Assembly (NCBI RefSeq): GCF_006345805.1
Contig: NW_021834788.1
Coordinates: 1 to 64,000, forward strand
DNA from: Octopus sinensis
Taxonomy: Eukaryota
Length of the DNA: 64,000 nt
Reading direction: 5' to 3'
The notes beneath the pieces are model-generated. The model was not told the DNA's origin and did not search any database. It worked only from the letters and a program-made list of their open reading frames with translations. Below are positions 54,219-64,000 of this stretch, in pieces (the stretch's first letter is position 1; each line of letters begins with the position of its first letter). A program made the position numbers and the translations under genes.

Positions 54219-54405
54219 CAATATAACTATTTAGCGGTTTGAGTTTTGCTGCTCTTTCTAGTGAGTCGAATGTCCTATATGGCCATTCCTTATATTGTTG
54301 AATGTATATTATATAGTCTTTGACTATAATTCTTTCTCACTAGACCGCTGGTAGCGGAGAATTTTTTCTAGAATTTTTTGCTACCCTTATATTTATTAAT
54401 ATATA

Positions 54406-54770
54406 GGCGCAGGAGTGGCTGTGTGGTAAGTAGCTTGCTAACCAACCACACGGTTGCGGGTTCAGTCCCACTGTGTGGCATCTTGGGCAAGTGTCTTCTG
54501 CTATAGCCCCGGGCCGACCAATGCCTTGTGAGTGGATTTGGTAGACGGAAACTGAAAGAAGCCTGTCGTATATATGTATATATATATGTATGCGTGTGTT
54601 TGTGTGTCTGTGTTTGTCCCCCTAGCATTGCTTGACAACCGATGCTGGTGTGTTTGCGTCCCCGTCACTTAGCGGTTCGGCAAAAAGAGACCGATAGAAT
54701 AAGTACTAAAAGGTGGTGCTCCAGCATGGCCGCAGTCAAATGACTGAAACAAGTAAAAGAGAGAGTAAAA
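54406..54770 (+). mobile_element. SINE family A with internal deletion
   Basis: Colinear with 58540-58948 but lacks the gggcttac...ctcgatt segment. Confidence 0.9.
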
Positions 54771-55018
54771 TAGTATATATATATATATACGCGCTCCCAG
54801 ACACACACACACACAAGACAAAATGTTTAATACATTGATGCGGTGTAAATGCATATATATATATATATATGAAAAGCAAAAATAATGATTCTCAGACAGC
54901 TAGTTTCGTTTCTTTCACCAGAGTTTCTTTTGTATTATTTTCAAAAGAGACACTCCGAGAACAACTTTTGTAGAAGGAAGCAAATGAGAGGGACCTTTTA
55001 GGATGAGTACTTTATGTA

Positions 55019-55064
<46 letters not shown>

Positions 55065-55065
<1 letters not shown>

Positions 55066-55454
55066 TAGCAGTATCGCCCGGTGTTGCTCGGGTTTGTTTC
55101 GACCCTTTAGAATTGGAACTTTTGAAAAGTAAAAATTTTGCATTATGTAGCTTGTTATTCTCTTTGAGTGAACATTTTTCTGGTTGATATACACCGAAAA
55201 ATGGCGACACAGCAGTCAAAAAATCGTAAAAATAGGCATTTTCATAGAAAAAAAACACCTTTTTGATGTATATAATTTTTGGTGTTAACATGGTCCGATT
55301 TGAATTTTATCTTCTACGGAATGAAGAAGCAAGCCTTCTTCTATCATACTCTCAATTTTGGTCAACTTGCGCCGCAGGGTCTCGCAGGAGATAGTGTTAG
55401 TTAAAGGCAACCAAACCTGCCACACACAGACAACTTCAGCTTTATATATATAGA
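55065..55454 (-). mobile_element. Non-autonomous Helitron (body type 2)
   Basis: Minus strand A|TCTATATATATAAAGCTG ... cccgagcaacaccggg cgatactg CTAG|T. Homologous to 62665-63059. Confidence 0.9.
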
Positions 55455-55940
55455 TTTGTGTGTGTATGCGTGTGTCCATGTTTGTTTGTCTAGTATGGTA
55501 CATATTGGAATGTTACTATGTGTAATTGTGTATGTTGTTGGTCATTAAAATAAGAGACAAGAATAAACCGTTTTAATGGGCTCTAAGTTAGGCTCACACA
55601 TAAACAATAAACACCCCCCTCCACACGCAAACACACACAATTAATGCACGCATATACATACGCACACCCATAAACGCATGCGGATAATTTGTATTGTGTA
55701 GATCTTCTTTCTGCATCAATGTAGCTTAAGAGGCGTCGGTACCATAGCGAATATTTCGTGTAATAAGTTTTAGTTCTTCTGGTAATATAAGTAAGGCTAT
55801 TGTAAGATAAACCAAGAACCTTTAGTAAGAAGTAACTCGAGAATCTTAGGATGAATGTTTATCTATGTTGTTTGTTTAGTTTATACTGTATTCTCGCTTT
55901 GTGTTACATACTGCTTAAGGCCTCATCTGGCTTTACTTAC

Positions 55941-56072
55941 GCGTGTTTTCTGCTGCTGGAAAGCGGAGAATTTTTGTGAAAGCCATCTGCTTCGCAAAGG
56001 ACCTCACACCAGTATTTGATAAAAATCTATTTAGAATTATTCTCTTCCCGGAAAGAAGGATGGTACACTTAT
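55941..56072 (-). other. Candidate 132-nt symmetric (phase 1-1) coding exon, product unknown
   Basis: T-rich tract plus tttcaacag| acceptor and a consensus |gtaagt donor. Only one frame is open: (D)KCTILLSGKRIILNRFLSNTGVRSFAKQMAFTKILRFPAAENT. No family recognised. Confidence 0.35.
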
Positions 56073-56284
56073 CTGTTGAAATATTGAGAATAATAAAAAA
56101 ATGTAATACATTTGTTTGGATTGAAAGAAAAAATAAAAGAAAAAATGATAAAACAAAAGGAAAATACTTACAGATGTGAATCAAAATGATATTGTTTTCT
56201 TCACAAAATTAACTCATATGGCATAGATATGATATCTAGAAATGTCATACGGCATTGAATTAATGTTATGAATGGGGTTGATAC

Positions 56285-56760
56285 GTTTTTAGGGGGCTCT
56301 ACCACTGAAAAACCTAAACCTTGTGCATAATACGCACCCCTTCTCTAACTTGAGTCGTGCGTAATTAAGCCAGCAGCACCTTGTCGAACAAACACTTCCG
56401 TGCATGCGTAATACAATAATGATGATGTTCTTAACTGTTATATGGGAATGTAAATATGTTTGCAAATTGTTTTTATTACATGTTATTCTGTGTTCTGAGT
56501 ACTTTTATTTTAATAAATGCTGCTCACTGCAAGTTATGGATGATTCTTTTATGACTTCATTGCTTTTAGGCTTAGATTAAGGTATTTTCGCGCCCGACAT
56601 CACAAAATGCGTCTGAATAAACATTGCCGGACAGCAAATAGAGACTCGGACATTGCTTAGAAAATATTTTTCATTTTTAACCTTGTGTATAGTACGCACT
56701 AGGGATTTTGACCTTTAAATTTTGGGGGGAAGAGTGCGGATTATACACGAAGATTTACGG
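56285..56760. mobile_element. Non-autonomous pogo/Tc2-like DNA transposon, one end preserved
   Basis: Terminus gtgcggattatacacgaagatttacgg|TA. The same motif recurs inverted at 56321-56337 and 56683-56699 as subterminal repeats. Confidence 0.6.
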
Positions 56761-57485
56761 TAATAAAAGTATTTGAAATGTATATTGACATGAATTCTGA
56801 AAGAATGAGAAAGATTTTAGGAAATGCTAAACAGAATGAGAAATCATAAAACAATAGTTAATGTGAACTTAGATTAATTACATTGTGTATTTCGTAAATA
56901 GCAGCTATGGTGAACACGTTTAAACCTGTTGTTTTTAAATTATAATTCTTATATAATATTTAATAACCATGTTAATGGAGTACCACCTAAAAGTATAAAT
57001 GTAACATAGTTGTTAACGAAATGTTTATAGAGAAGCCTTTTGTAGCATGCCATTTGAACTAATTGTTTTATCCAAATTCATTGTATATCATTGACACGCA
57101 TGCCCATCTTTATAGGCTTATTCTTTGTTGGTGATGCCATCATAATATCGAAACAGGTATATATTCTTCTTTAGTGGTTACTGATATATTAATAACGATT
57201 TCTGATTTAGCAATTTTTAAGGAAGAGGAATTAATCTCTTGTACGGTCCCAGTACAGGATCGATCCCAAAACAATGATAAGCAAAGTTGGCTTTTTGTAA
57301 AATAGAGCGTAAAAAGTCAGTACAAATATTGCTAGGCATTTTTAAGGCGCTCTAGCCAATCTGTCAGTTCGCTGAAGTAATATATTTTTGTACTATACGC
57401 ACAAGGCCCGAAATTTTGGGGCAGGGGACTAATCAATTACACGGTTTAATATTCTATACTAATAGTATATAATATACTAATATAC

Positions 57486-57902
57486 AAGGCGTTGAGCTGG
57501 CAGAATCGTTTGCATGCCGGGCGAAATACTTAGCGGTATTTCGTCTGCCGCTACGTTCTGAGTTCAAATTCCGCCGAGGTCGACTTTGTCTTTCATCCTT
57601 TCGGGGTCGGTAAATTAAGTACCAGTTACGCACTGGTGTCGATCTAATCGACTTAATTCGTGTGTCTGTCTTTGTTTGTCCCCTCTGACTTTAGCCCCTT
57701 GTGGGTAATAAAGAAATAGGTATTTCGTCTGCCGCTACGTTCTGAGTTCAAATTCTGCCGAGGTCGACATTGACTTTCATCTTTTGGGGTCGATTAAATA
57801 AGTACCAGTTACGCACTGGGGTTCGATATGATCGACTTAATCTGTTTGTCTGTCCTTGTTTGTCCCCTCTATATTTAGCCCCTTGTGGGCAATAAAGAAA
57901 TA
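57486..57902 (+). mobile_element. SINE family B: head + two tandem bodies
   Basis: The second unit restarts at ggtatttcgtctgccgctacg (57719). A near-perfect 19-bp flanking duplication aatatt(c/a)tatactaatagt lies at 57448 and 57903. Confidence 0.9.
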
Positions 57903-58539
57903 AATATTATATACTAATAGTTGAACGTCTAGGAAAACGTGTTTCACAATTTTGTTATGCACAAATAAGGTTAAAAAAAAACAAAGAAACAATAATTTTC
58001 TGTGCGCATTTTTTCTAATTTTAAACAAGTTTAATTTTTATCTTTCCGTGCAAGATGCTAGAATAATTTTCATTTGATCTAGCGTCCGCCACGAAGACAA
58101 AACAAAGCAAAGAAGTGCTGCTTTAGACTGCCAACGATTTAAGCTATGTAACACACGAGTAATGCTGACAATTTCAAGCGTGTAACAGATATGAAATTTA
58201 ATTGCAGTAGGGATTATGTCCTTATCAGAAGGTTACGTGTAACCGTTTCTGTTCATTTTTTTTCCAAAATCGATTGCGTTTTTCTTTTACACAAGTAAAC
58301 ACCAAATGGATTTATAAAGAGACAGTTTTAACATTTTAAATAATTCTGCGATTTTGAACGCAAAGGGCTCTTTAACTTCAAAAATGTAAACGCACTAACT
58401 AACGAGACAGCCTCTTCAATGTCATTCGACGTGGTAGAAATATCAAGCAAAAACATTTCCCATTCAACTCTATCATCTTACAGAATTATGGATGCATAAA
58501 AACAAAATAGTATTCAAGAATAACAATGTAAACAACTTT

Positions 58540-58711
58540 AGGTGCAGGAGTGGCTGTGTGGTAAGTAGCTTGCCTACCAACCACATGGTTCCGGGTTCAG
58601 TCCCACTGCGTGGCACCTTGGGCAAGTGTCTTCTACTATAGCCTCGGGCCGACCAAAGCCTTGTGAGTGAATTTGGTAGACGGAAACTGAAAGAAACCTG
58701 TCGTATATATG

Positions 58712-58742
<31 letters not shown>

Positions 58743-58948
58743 TTGTGTGTTTGTCCCCCTAGCATTGCTTGACAACCGATGCTGGTGTATTTATGTCCCC
58801 GTTACTTAGCGGTTCGGCAAAAGAGACCGATAGAATAAGTACTGGGCTTACAAAGAATAAGTCCCGGGGTCGAGTTGCTCGATTAAAGGCGGTGCTCCAG
58901 CATGGCCGCAGTCAAATGACTGAAACAAGTAACAGAGTAAAGAGTAAA
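58540..58948 (+). mobile_element. SINE family A, full length
   Basis: Same A/B boxes, body and tail as 35759-36125. Confidence 0.92.
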
Positions 58949-59105
58949 GTGTCAGGAATGACGAGCTTCAGTAATTCATTATCTTTTCTCTTTTATGGTT
59001 TAATCGTTTCTGTTGTGGGACTGGGGCAGTGCCGGGGAACTTTGTTGAACATTATTTTCATTATTTACATTTGACGGATATTTGTCCTCATCTTGTTTGT
59101 TGGTA

Positions 59106-59157
59106 ACACAACGTTTCGGCTGATATACCCACCACCCCATCAGCTTTCATCGGGTGT
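59106..59157 (-). ncRNA. Minimal type I hammerhead, one core substitution, within a pLTR-like remnant (~59055-59175)
   Basis: acac-CCGATGA-aa-gctgat...atcagc-c-GAAAC-GTT-gtgt: perfect stem I and loop-less palindromic stem III. Confidence 0.65.
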
Positions 59158-59184
59158 CTTGGGGAAATTTCGAAGAAGAAGAAG

Positions 59185-59282
59185 AATGAATTTGACAGGA
59201 TCAATAAATATAAAGACTTGCTAATAGAAATTGAAAAAAATGTGGCATCTCAAGGCGACTACACCACTTGTGATTGTAGGAC
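59185..59282 (+). mobile_element. R4/Dong-type RLE fragment
   Basis: EFDRINKYKDLLIEIEK(fs)MWHLKATTPLVIVG. Confidence 0.65.
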
Positions 59283-59465
59283 AGTATTTTCTGTCAATTG
59301 GCCCGAGAATATAGTAAAACACATGTGTCCAGTGTGCTACACAGTGGGACTGAAACCGAAACCATGTAGTTGAGAAGCAATCTTCTTAGTACACAGCTAT
59401 GCTTGTTTAATAAAGAAATTTCTTTCTGAGTTTTATAAAAGCATACATTTTAGCTATAAATATAT

Positions 59466-59781
59466 AACGATAAACGTCGCCCTTTTCAAGCCTAGCCAGG
59501 CTCATGGGCCCTGTTTCCCGGTTTCTGTGGCGTATGTGTTCCCCTTAGCTGGACGGAACGCCAGTCCATCGCAGCGTTAATCAAGAAACAGGAAGAGAGA
59601 GAGTGAGAGAAAGATGTGGTGAAAGAGAACAACAGGGGTCACCCCTCCCCCCTGCCGGAGTTCGTGGAGCATTTAGGTGTTTTCGCTCAATAAACACACA
59701 CAATGCCCGGTCTGGGAATCGAAACCGCGATATTCCGACAACGAGTCCGCTGCCCTAACCAGTGGGCCATTGCGCTTCCAC
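59466..59781 (-). mobile_element. tRNA-derived SINE family C (tail type 2), full length
   Basis: Same head and first ~190 nt as 19153-19544, then a different 3' half (gctgcgatggactggcgttccgtccag...). 14-bp TSD agctataaatatat at 59452 and 59782. Confidence 0.9.
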
Positions 59782-60210
59782 AGCTATAAATATATTAGGA
59801 ATATATCTTCTTTTCACTTTTCTAAATCTCAGGTCAATTCCCTCTAATATTTATTTACACAAGCTTACTACAACTGCGCTGTTAACAGTTTGGTCTCTTT
59901 TGATATCCAGAACATCTACTAAGCGTCGTAAGTAGTTGCAGCTGTACAGTTGCTGCAACGATAAGTAATTAGTATGCGAATGTGGTATTAAAATGAATCC
60001 TTGTGGTCAACAAATTAGTTGGAAGTGTAAGCTATGTTTACTGTAAGTAACAATGTATATGTACTGTTACTTTAAATTATAATCCTTAATTCACTTAAAT
60101 TTTTTACTCTGTTGTTATTTGGCTTCAATTTATCTTCAGTTTTCCCCACCAAAATTTGCTCGTTCTATTATGTTAAGTAATTGTGTAGCCTTTCTTTTAC
60201 TAGTTTCAGT

Positions 60211-60588
60211 GTGGAGGCGCAATGGCCCAGTGGTTAGGGCAGCGGACTCGCGGTCATAGGATCGCGGTTTCGATTCCCAGACCGGGCGTTGTGAGTGTTT
60301 ATTGAGCGAAAACACCTAAAAGCTCCACGAGGCTCTGGCAGGGGATGGTGGTGATCCCTGCTGTACTCTTTCACCACAATTTTCTCTCACTCTTACTTTC
60401 TGTTTCTGTTGTACCTGTATTTCAAAGGGCCGGCCGTGTCACGCTGAATATCCCCGAGAACTACGTTAAGGGTGCACGTGTCTGTGGAGTGCTCAGCCAC
60501 TTACACGTTAATTTCACGAGCAGGCTGTTCCGTTGATTCGAATCAACCGGAACCCTCATCGTCGTAACCGACGGAGTGCAAAGGAAGA
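60211..60588 (+). mobile_element. SINE family C (tail type 1) nested in the 3' end of a family A SINE
   Basis: 12-bp TSD actagtttcagt at 60199-60210 and 60589-60600. Confidence 0.92.
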
Positions 60589-60928
60589 ACTAGTTTCAGT
60601 CATTTGACTGCGGCTATGCTGGTGCACCGCCTTTAGTCGAGCAAATCGACCTCAGAGCTTATTCTTTGTAAGCCTAGTACTTATTGTATCGGTCTTTTTC
60701 GCCGAAGCGCTAATGTTGCGGGGAACACAGACACACAAACATATGCACACACACACATATTATATATATATGACGGTCTTCTTCCAGTTTCCGTCTACGA
60801 AATCTACTCACAAGGCTTTGGTCGGCCCGAGGCTATAGTAGAAGACACTTGCCCAAGGTGCCACGCAGTGGGACTGAACCCATGACCATGTGGTTGGTTA
60901 ACAAGCTACTTACCACACAGCCACTCCT
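60589..60928 (-). mobile_element. SINE family A (host of the nested insertion)
   Basis: Reverse complement is colinear with family A; its tail continues at 60190-60210. Confidence 0.9.
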
Positions 60929-62111
60929 TCAAAAATATAGAAATACATGAACATATATAACTAAACACACACACACGTAAAAGAACGTATGCTTATGAAT
61001 ATATATATGAATTGGTATATGTATAATGTATCTATATATGTGTATGTGTACATATATGCAGGCATGTTTATCTCTCTATCTATCTATCAATCTGTCTGTT
61101 TGTCTGCCTGCCTGTCTGTCTCTCTGTCTGTCTGTCTGCTGTCTGTCAATCTTTCTTTCTTTCTGTCTGTCTGTCTGTTTATCTATACATATGTGTGTGT
61201 GTGTGTGTGTGTATGTGTGTATGTGTGTGTGTATGCGTTTGTATGTATATATATGGAACAAAATAAAGAAAACGAAATCATGGTAAAAAGAAATACCAAA
61301 CGGTATGAATTTGGTTGCGGCTCAAGAAAATTGAATGCATGCATGTCTGTCTGTCGGCTGGTCTGTCTGTCTGTCTGTCTGTATGTATGTATGTATGTAT
61401 GTATGAGCACAGAGATATTCGGTTCTCCAAACAGGAGTAAGATAACTCAGTATGAAAAGTAGATTACGTAAAATGCTTATTTTTAGCTAATAATATTGAA
61501 GGCCTAGAGATTTGCACCAAAGATCTCAAACTGGTATTCTTTAAAAAAAAAAGCGCTTTTTTTCTTTACCCTTAGGTTCAGATGTCCTCAGACACAAAAT
61601 TTGAGGTTGTTTTGTAAGTTTAAAGTGTTTTTTAGTAATAAAAGATAATACATAAACATGCATATATATATACCGTAAAGTATATATACCTTCATTACTC
61701 TAACTATTGTATATGTATGATCAGCCTAAAGTTGATCATGTTACACATATTTACACATATAGAAAATTCTTCGAATGCAATAATAATAACCCAATGCATA
61801 ACTAGCTGCACAGATAGAGAATTATATGCCCCGATACATACATAGATTCATTTGCTAGTTAGTATTCAGTTAGATATAATCTTCACACAAATATTAATGT
61901 TTATGTAAAGATCTAAAGGCACAGACAAACGCATTCGGAAACACATGTATTATCAAAAGACATTAATGGCAAAAATAATCATACTCACAGATATAGGTGT
62001 ATTTAAACAAATGTACAGTTAAAAATATCTAGATAAACACAATTTAGCACAGCAATATACGTTATGCCAGTGAAATAACATAAATCTGCAACATAAAGCA
62101 CGAATTTATTG

Positions 62112-62192
<81 letters not shown>

Positions 62193-62664
62193 CTGGAATA
62201 TAAGCTGATGAAACAAGCAATTAAATTAACACACAGGTTTATTTCTTTTTAAAGGTACTATTCTGAAACTATCGCATTTAAAACATTTAACGTCAGCATA
62301 TACATGTAAATAAATGAGAATTCGTCTTTATGGATGATTAGAATTTGTAAACTTTCAGCAAATCGCATACCTAATTATGACAATGTGAAAAGCTACTGAG
62401 CCTAACAAACATAGGTACGTTCATATTACGAAATCTACTGCAGTTGCTTACTGAAAAATTTGTCACTTACTGTTATGGATTATCTAAAGGCTCCACTTCC
62501 GTTAAATAGAAGGAAAATTATTCTTTCTTCTAATCTTAATCACATGGTTACATGCTCTGGATAAATGAAGGCTAATTTAATAATGGAAGTAGATGAAAAT
62601 TAGTGTGAAATCTTCCTAAATGCTATAATGTAGCAATACAGGATTGATCAGGAACAGCGCATAA

Positions 62665-63059
62665 TATATATATAAAGCTGAAGTTGTCTGTGTATGGCAG
62701 GTTTGGTTGCCTTCAACTAACACTATCTCCTCCGAGACCCTGTGGCGCAAGTTGACCAAAATTTACAGTATGATAGAAGAAGGCATGCTTCTTCATTCCG
62801 TAGAAGAAAAATTTCAAATTGGACCATGTTAAGACTAAAAGTTATTTACATCAAAAAGGTGTTTTTTTTCTATGAAAATCCCTATTTTTTTACGATTTTT
62901 TACTGCTGTGTCGCCATTTTTCGGTGTATTTCAACCAGAAAAATGTTCACTTAAAGAGAATAACAAGCTACACAATGCAAAATTTTTACTTTTCAAAAAT
63001 TCCAATTCTAAAGGGTCGGAAAGAAAACAAACCCGAGCAACGCCGGGCTATACTGCTAG
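62665..63059 (+). mobile_element. Non-autonomous Helitron (body type 2)
   Basis: 3' cccgagcaacgccggg ctatactg CTAG|T. Homologous to 55065-55454. Confidence 0.9.
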
Positions 63060-63250
63060 TATCTCTATATTATTCTCCTGTCAATATGTTGTTCTCTAAA
63101 TATTTTAATTAATATTCAAAATCCTTCACGGCCTGGCAGAATAATATATTGTAACAAATGTACAAGTGTCCATTCCTTACGTTGCTCTTTCGAATTTATT
63201 TCAGTTAGCATATATACGATCACGCATTATCCGAGCGGTGTGAATAGTGC

Positions 63251-63490
63251 CAAGGCGGCGAGCTGGCAGAAACGTTAGCGCACTGGGCGAAATGCTTAAC
63301 GGTATTTCGTCTGTCGCCACGTTCTGAGTTCAAATTCCGCCGAGGTCGACTTTGCCTTTCATCCTTTCGGGGTCGATTAAACAAGTACTAGTTTCGCACT
63401 GGGGTCGATATAATCGACTTAATCCGTTTGTCTATCCTTGTTTGTTCCCTCTGTGTTTAGCCCCTTGTAGGTAGTAAAGAAATAGGTATG
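63251..63490 (+). mobile_element. tRNA-derived SINE family B (reference copy)
   Basis: A-box-like ctggcagaaacgttag and B box gagttcaaattcc, with hairpin gggcgaaatgc/gtatttcgtct between them. Body shared with at least six other loci here. Confidence 0.9.
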
Positions 63491-64000
63491 AATAATGCCA
63501 AAAAATGTGCAAGTATTCATTCGATATACGCTTACAAAGGGTTTTTGCATATCCTACTCATGACATTTTAAGGTACTTCGCTGGATTCTCAAGTGTTTTA
63601 TGTTTGATGCATGCGGTAAGCGCAATCGGATTACTTGTAGCATCCAATCTTTGAATGTCTAGCAATGTCGGTAATGAATCTGGAAAGTCTACTGTTGCGA
63701 ACAAATTACAATGAGGCCATTTGAAATTATGAAAAATATTTCGTTGAAAATGATGAAACTGAAACATAGTGGTGTTTTCAATACATTTCCAACGATTTGC
63801 GAGGATAAGAAGTCGAACTAATGCAACGTTAGATTCTACTATATTAAATGGGGAAATAGGAAATCATTTTCAATAAACGGGTTATTTTATGTGAAAAGCA
63901 ATAAATAGAGGAATAAGAAACTGAAAGGCAGAGAGAAAGAGATATATAGATCGAAAGAGAGGTGGAGCAAAGAAAGTGCGTGTGTGTGTGAGTGTGTAGT

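Noticed and set aside
54885-54960. Minus-strand GAAAC-tagct-GTC after a long stem (similar at ~31465)
   Set aside because: The 5' catalytic box is absent, so these cannot be called ribozymes; at most truncated pLTR ends.

Overview
AT-rich, microsatellite-saturated animal DNA that looks intergenic or intronic. The SINE families and the (TA)n/(CA)n/(TATG)n load suggest a coleoid cephalopod, probably Octopus; this is an inference. I found no intact host gene, and almost all ORFs in the track are simple-repeat artefacts. Recognisable content is decayed mobile DNA: a 3.8-kb CR1-type LINE with a four-CCCH-finger ORF1, R4/Dong-type and RTE-type LINE fragments, Penelope-like GIY-YIG fragments, four IS630/Tc1/mariner relics (one possibly DD36E-spaced), a pogo/Tc2-like end, three non-autonomous Helitrons plus a RepHel-coding relic, and about 30 tRNA-derived SINE copies or fragments from several families. 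The most notable signal is about 10 hammerhead-ribozyme (HHR) or HHR-like motifs of the minimal Penelope type, mostly in short non-coding inserts beside (TA)n tracts. One insert is a spacer-less 363-bp palindrome (26264-26626) with an intact HHR core on each strand. There are also two locally templated insertions, a TSD-bounded tandem retro-insert and a few unverified candidate exons. All family assignments come from motif recognition by eye; no database search was run.
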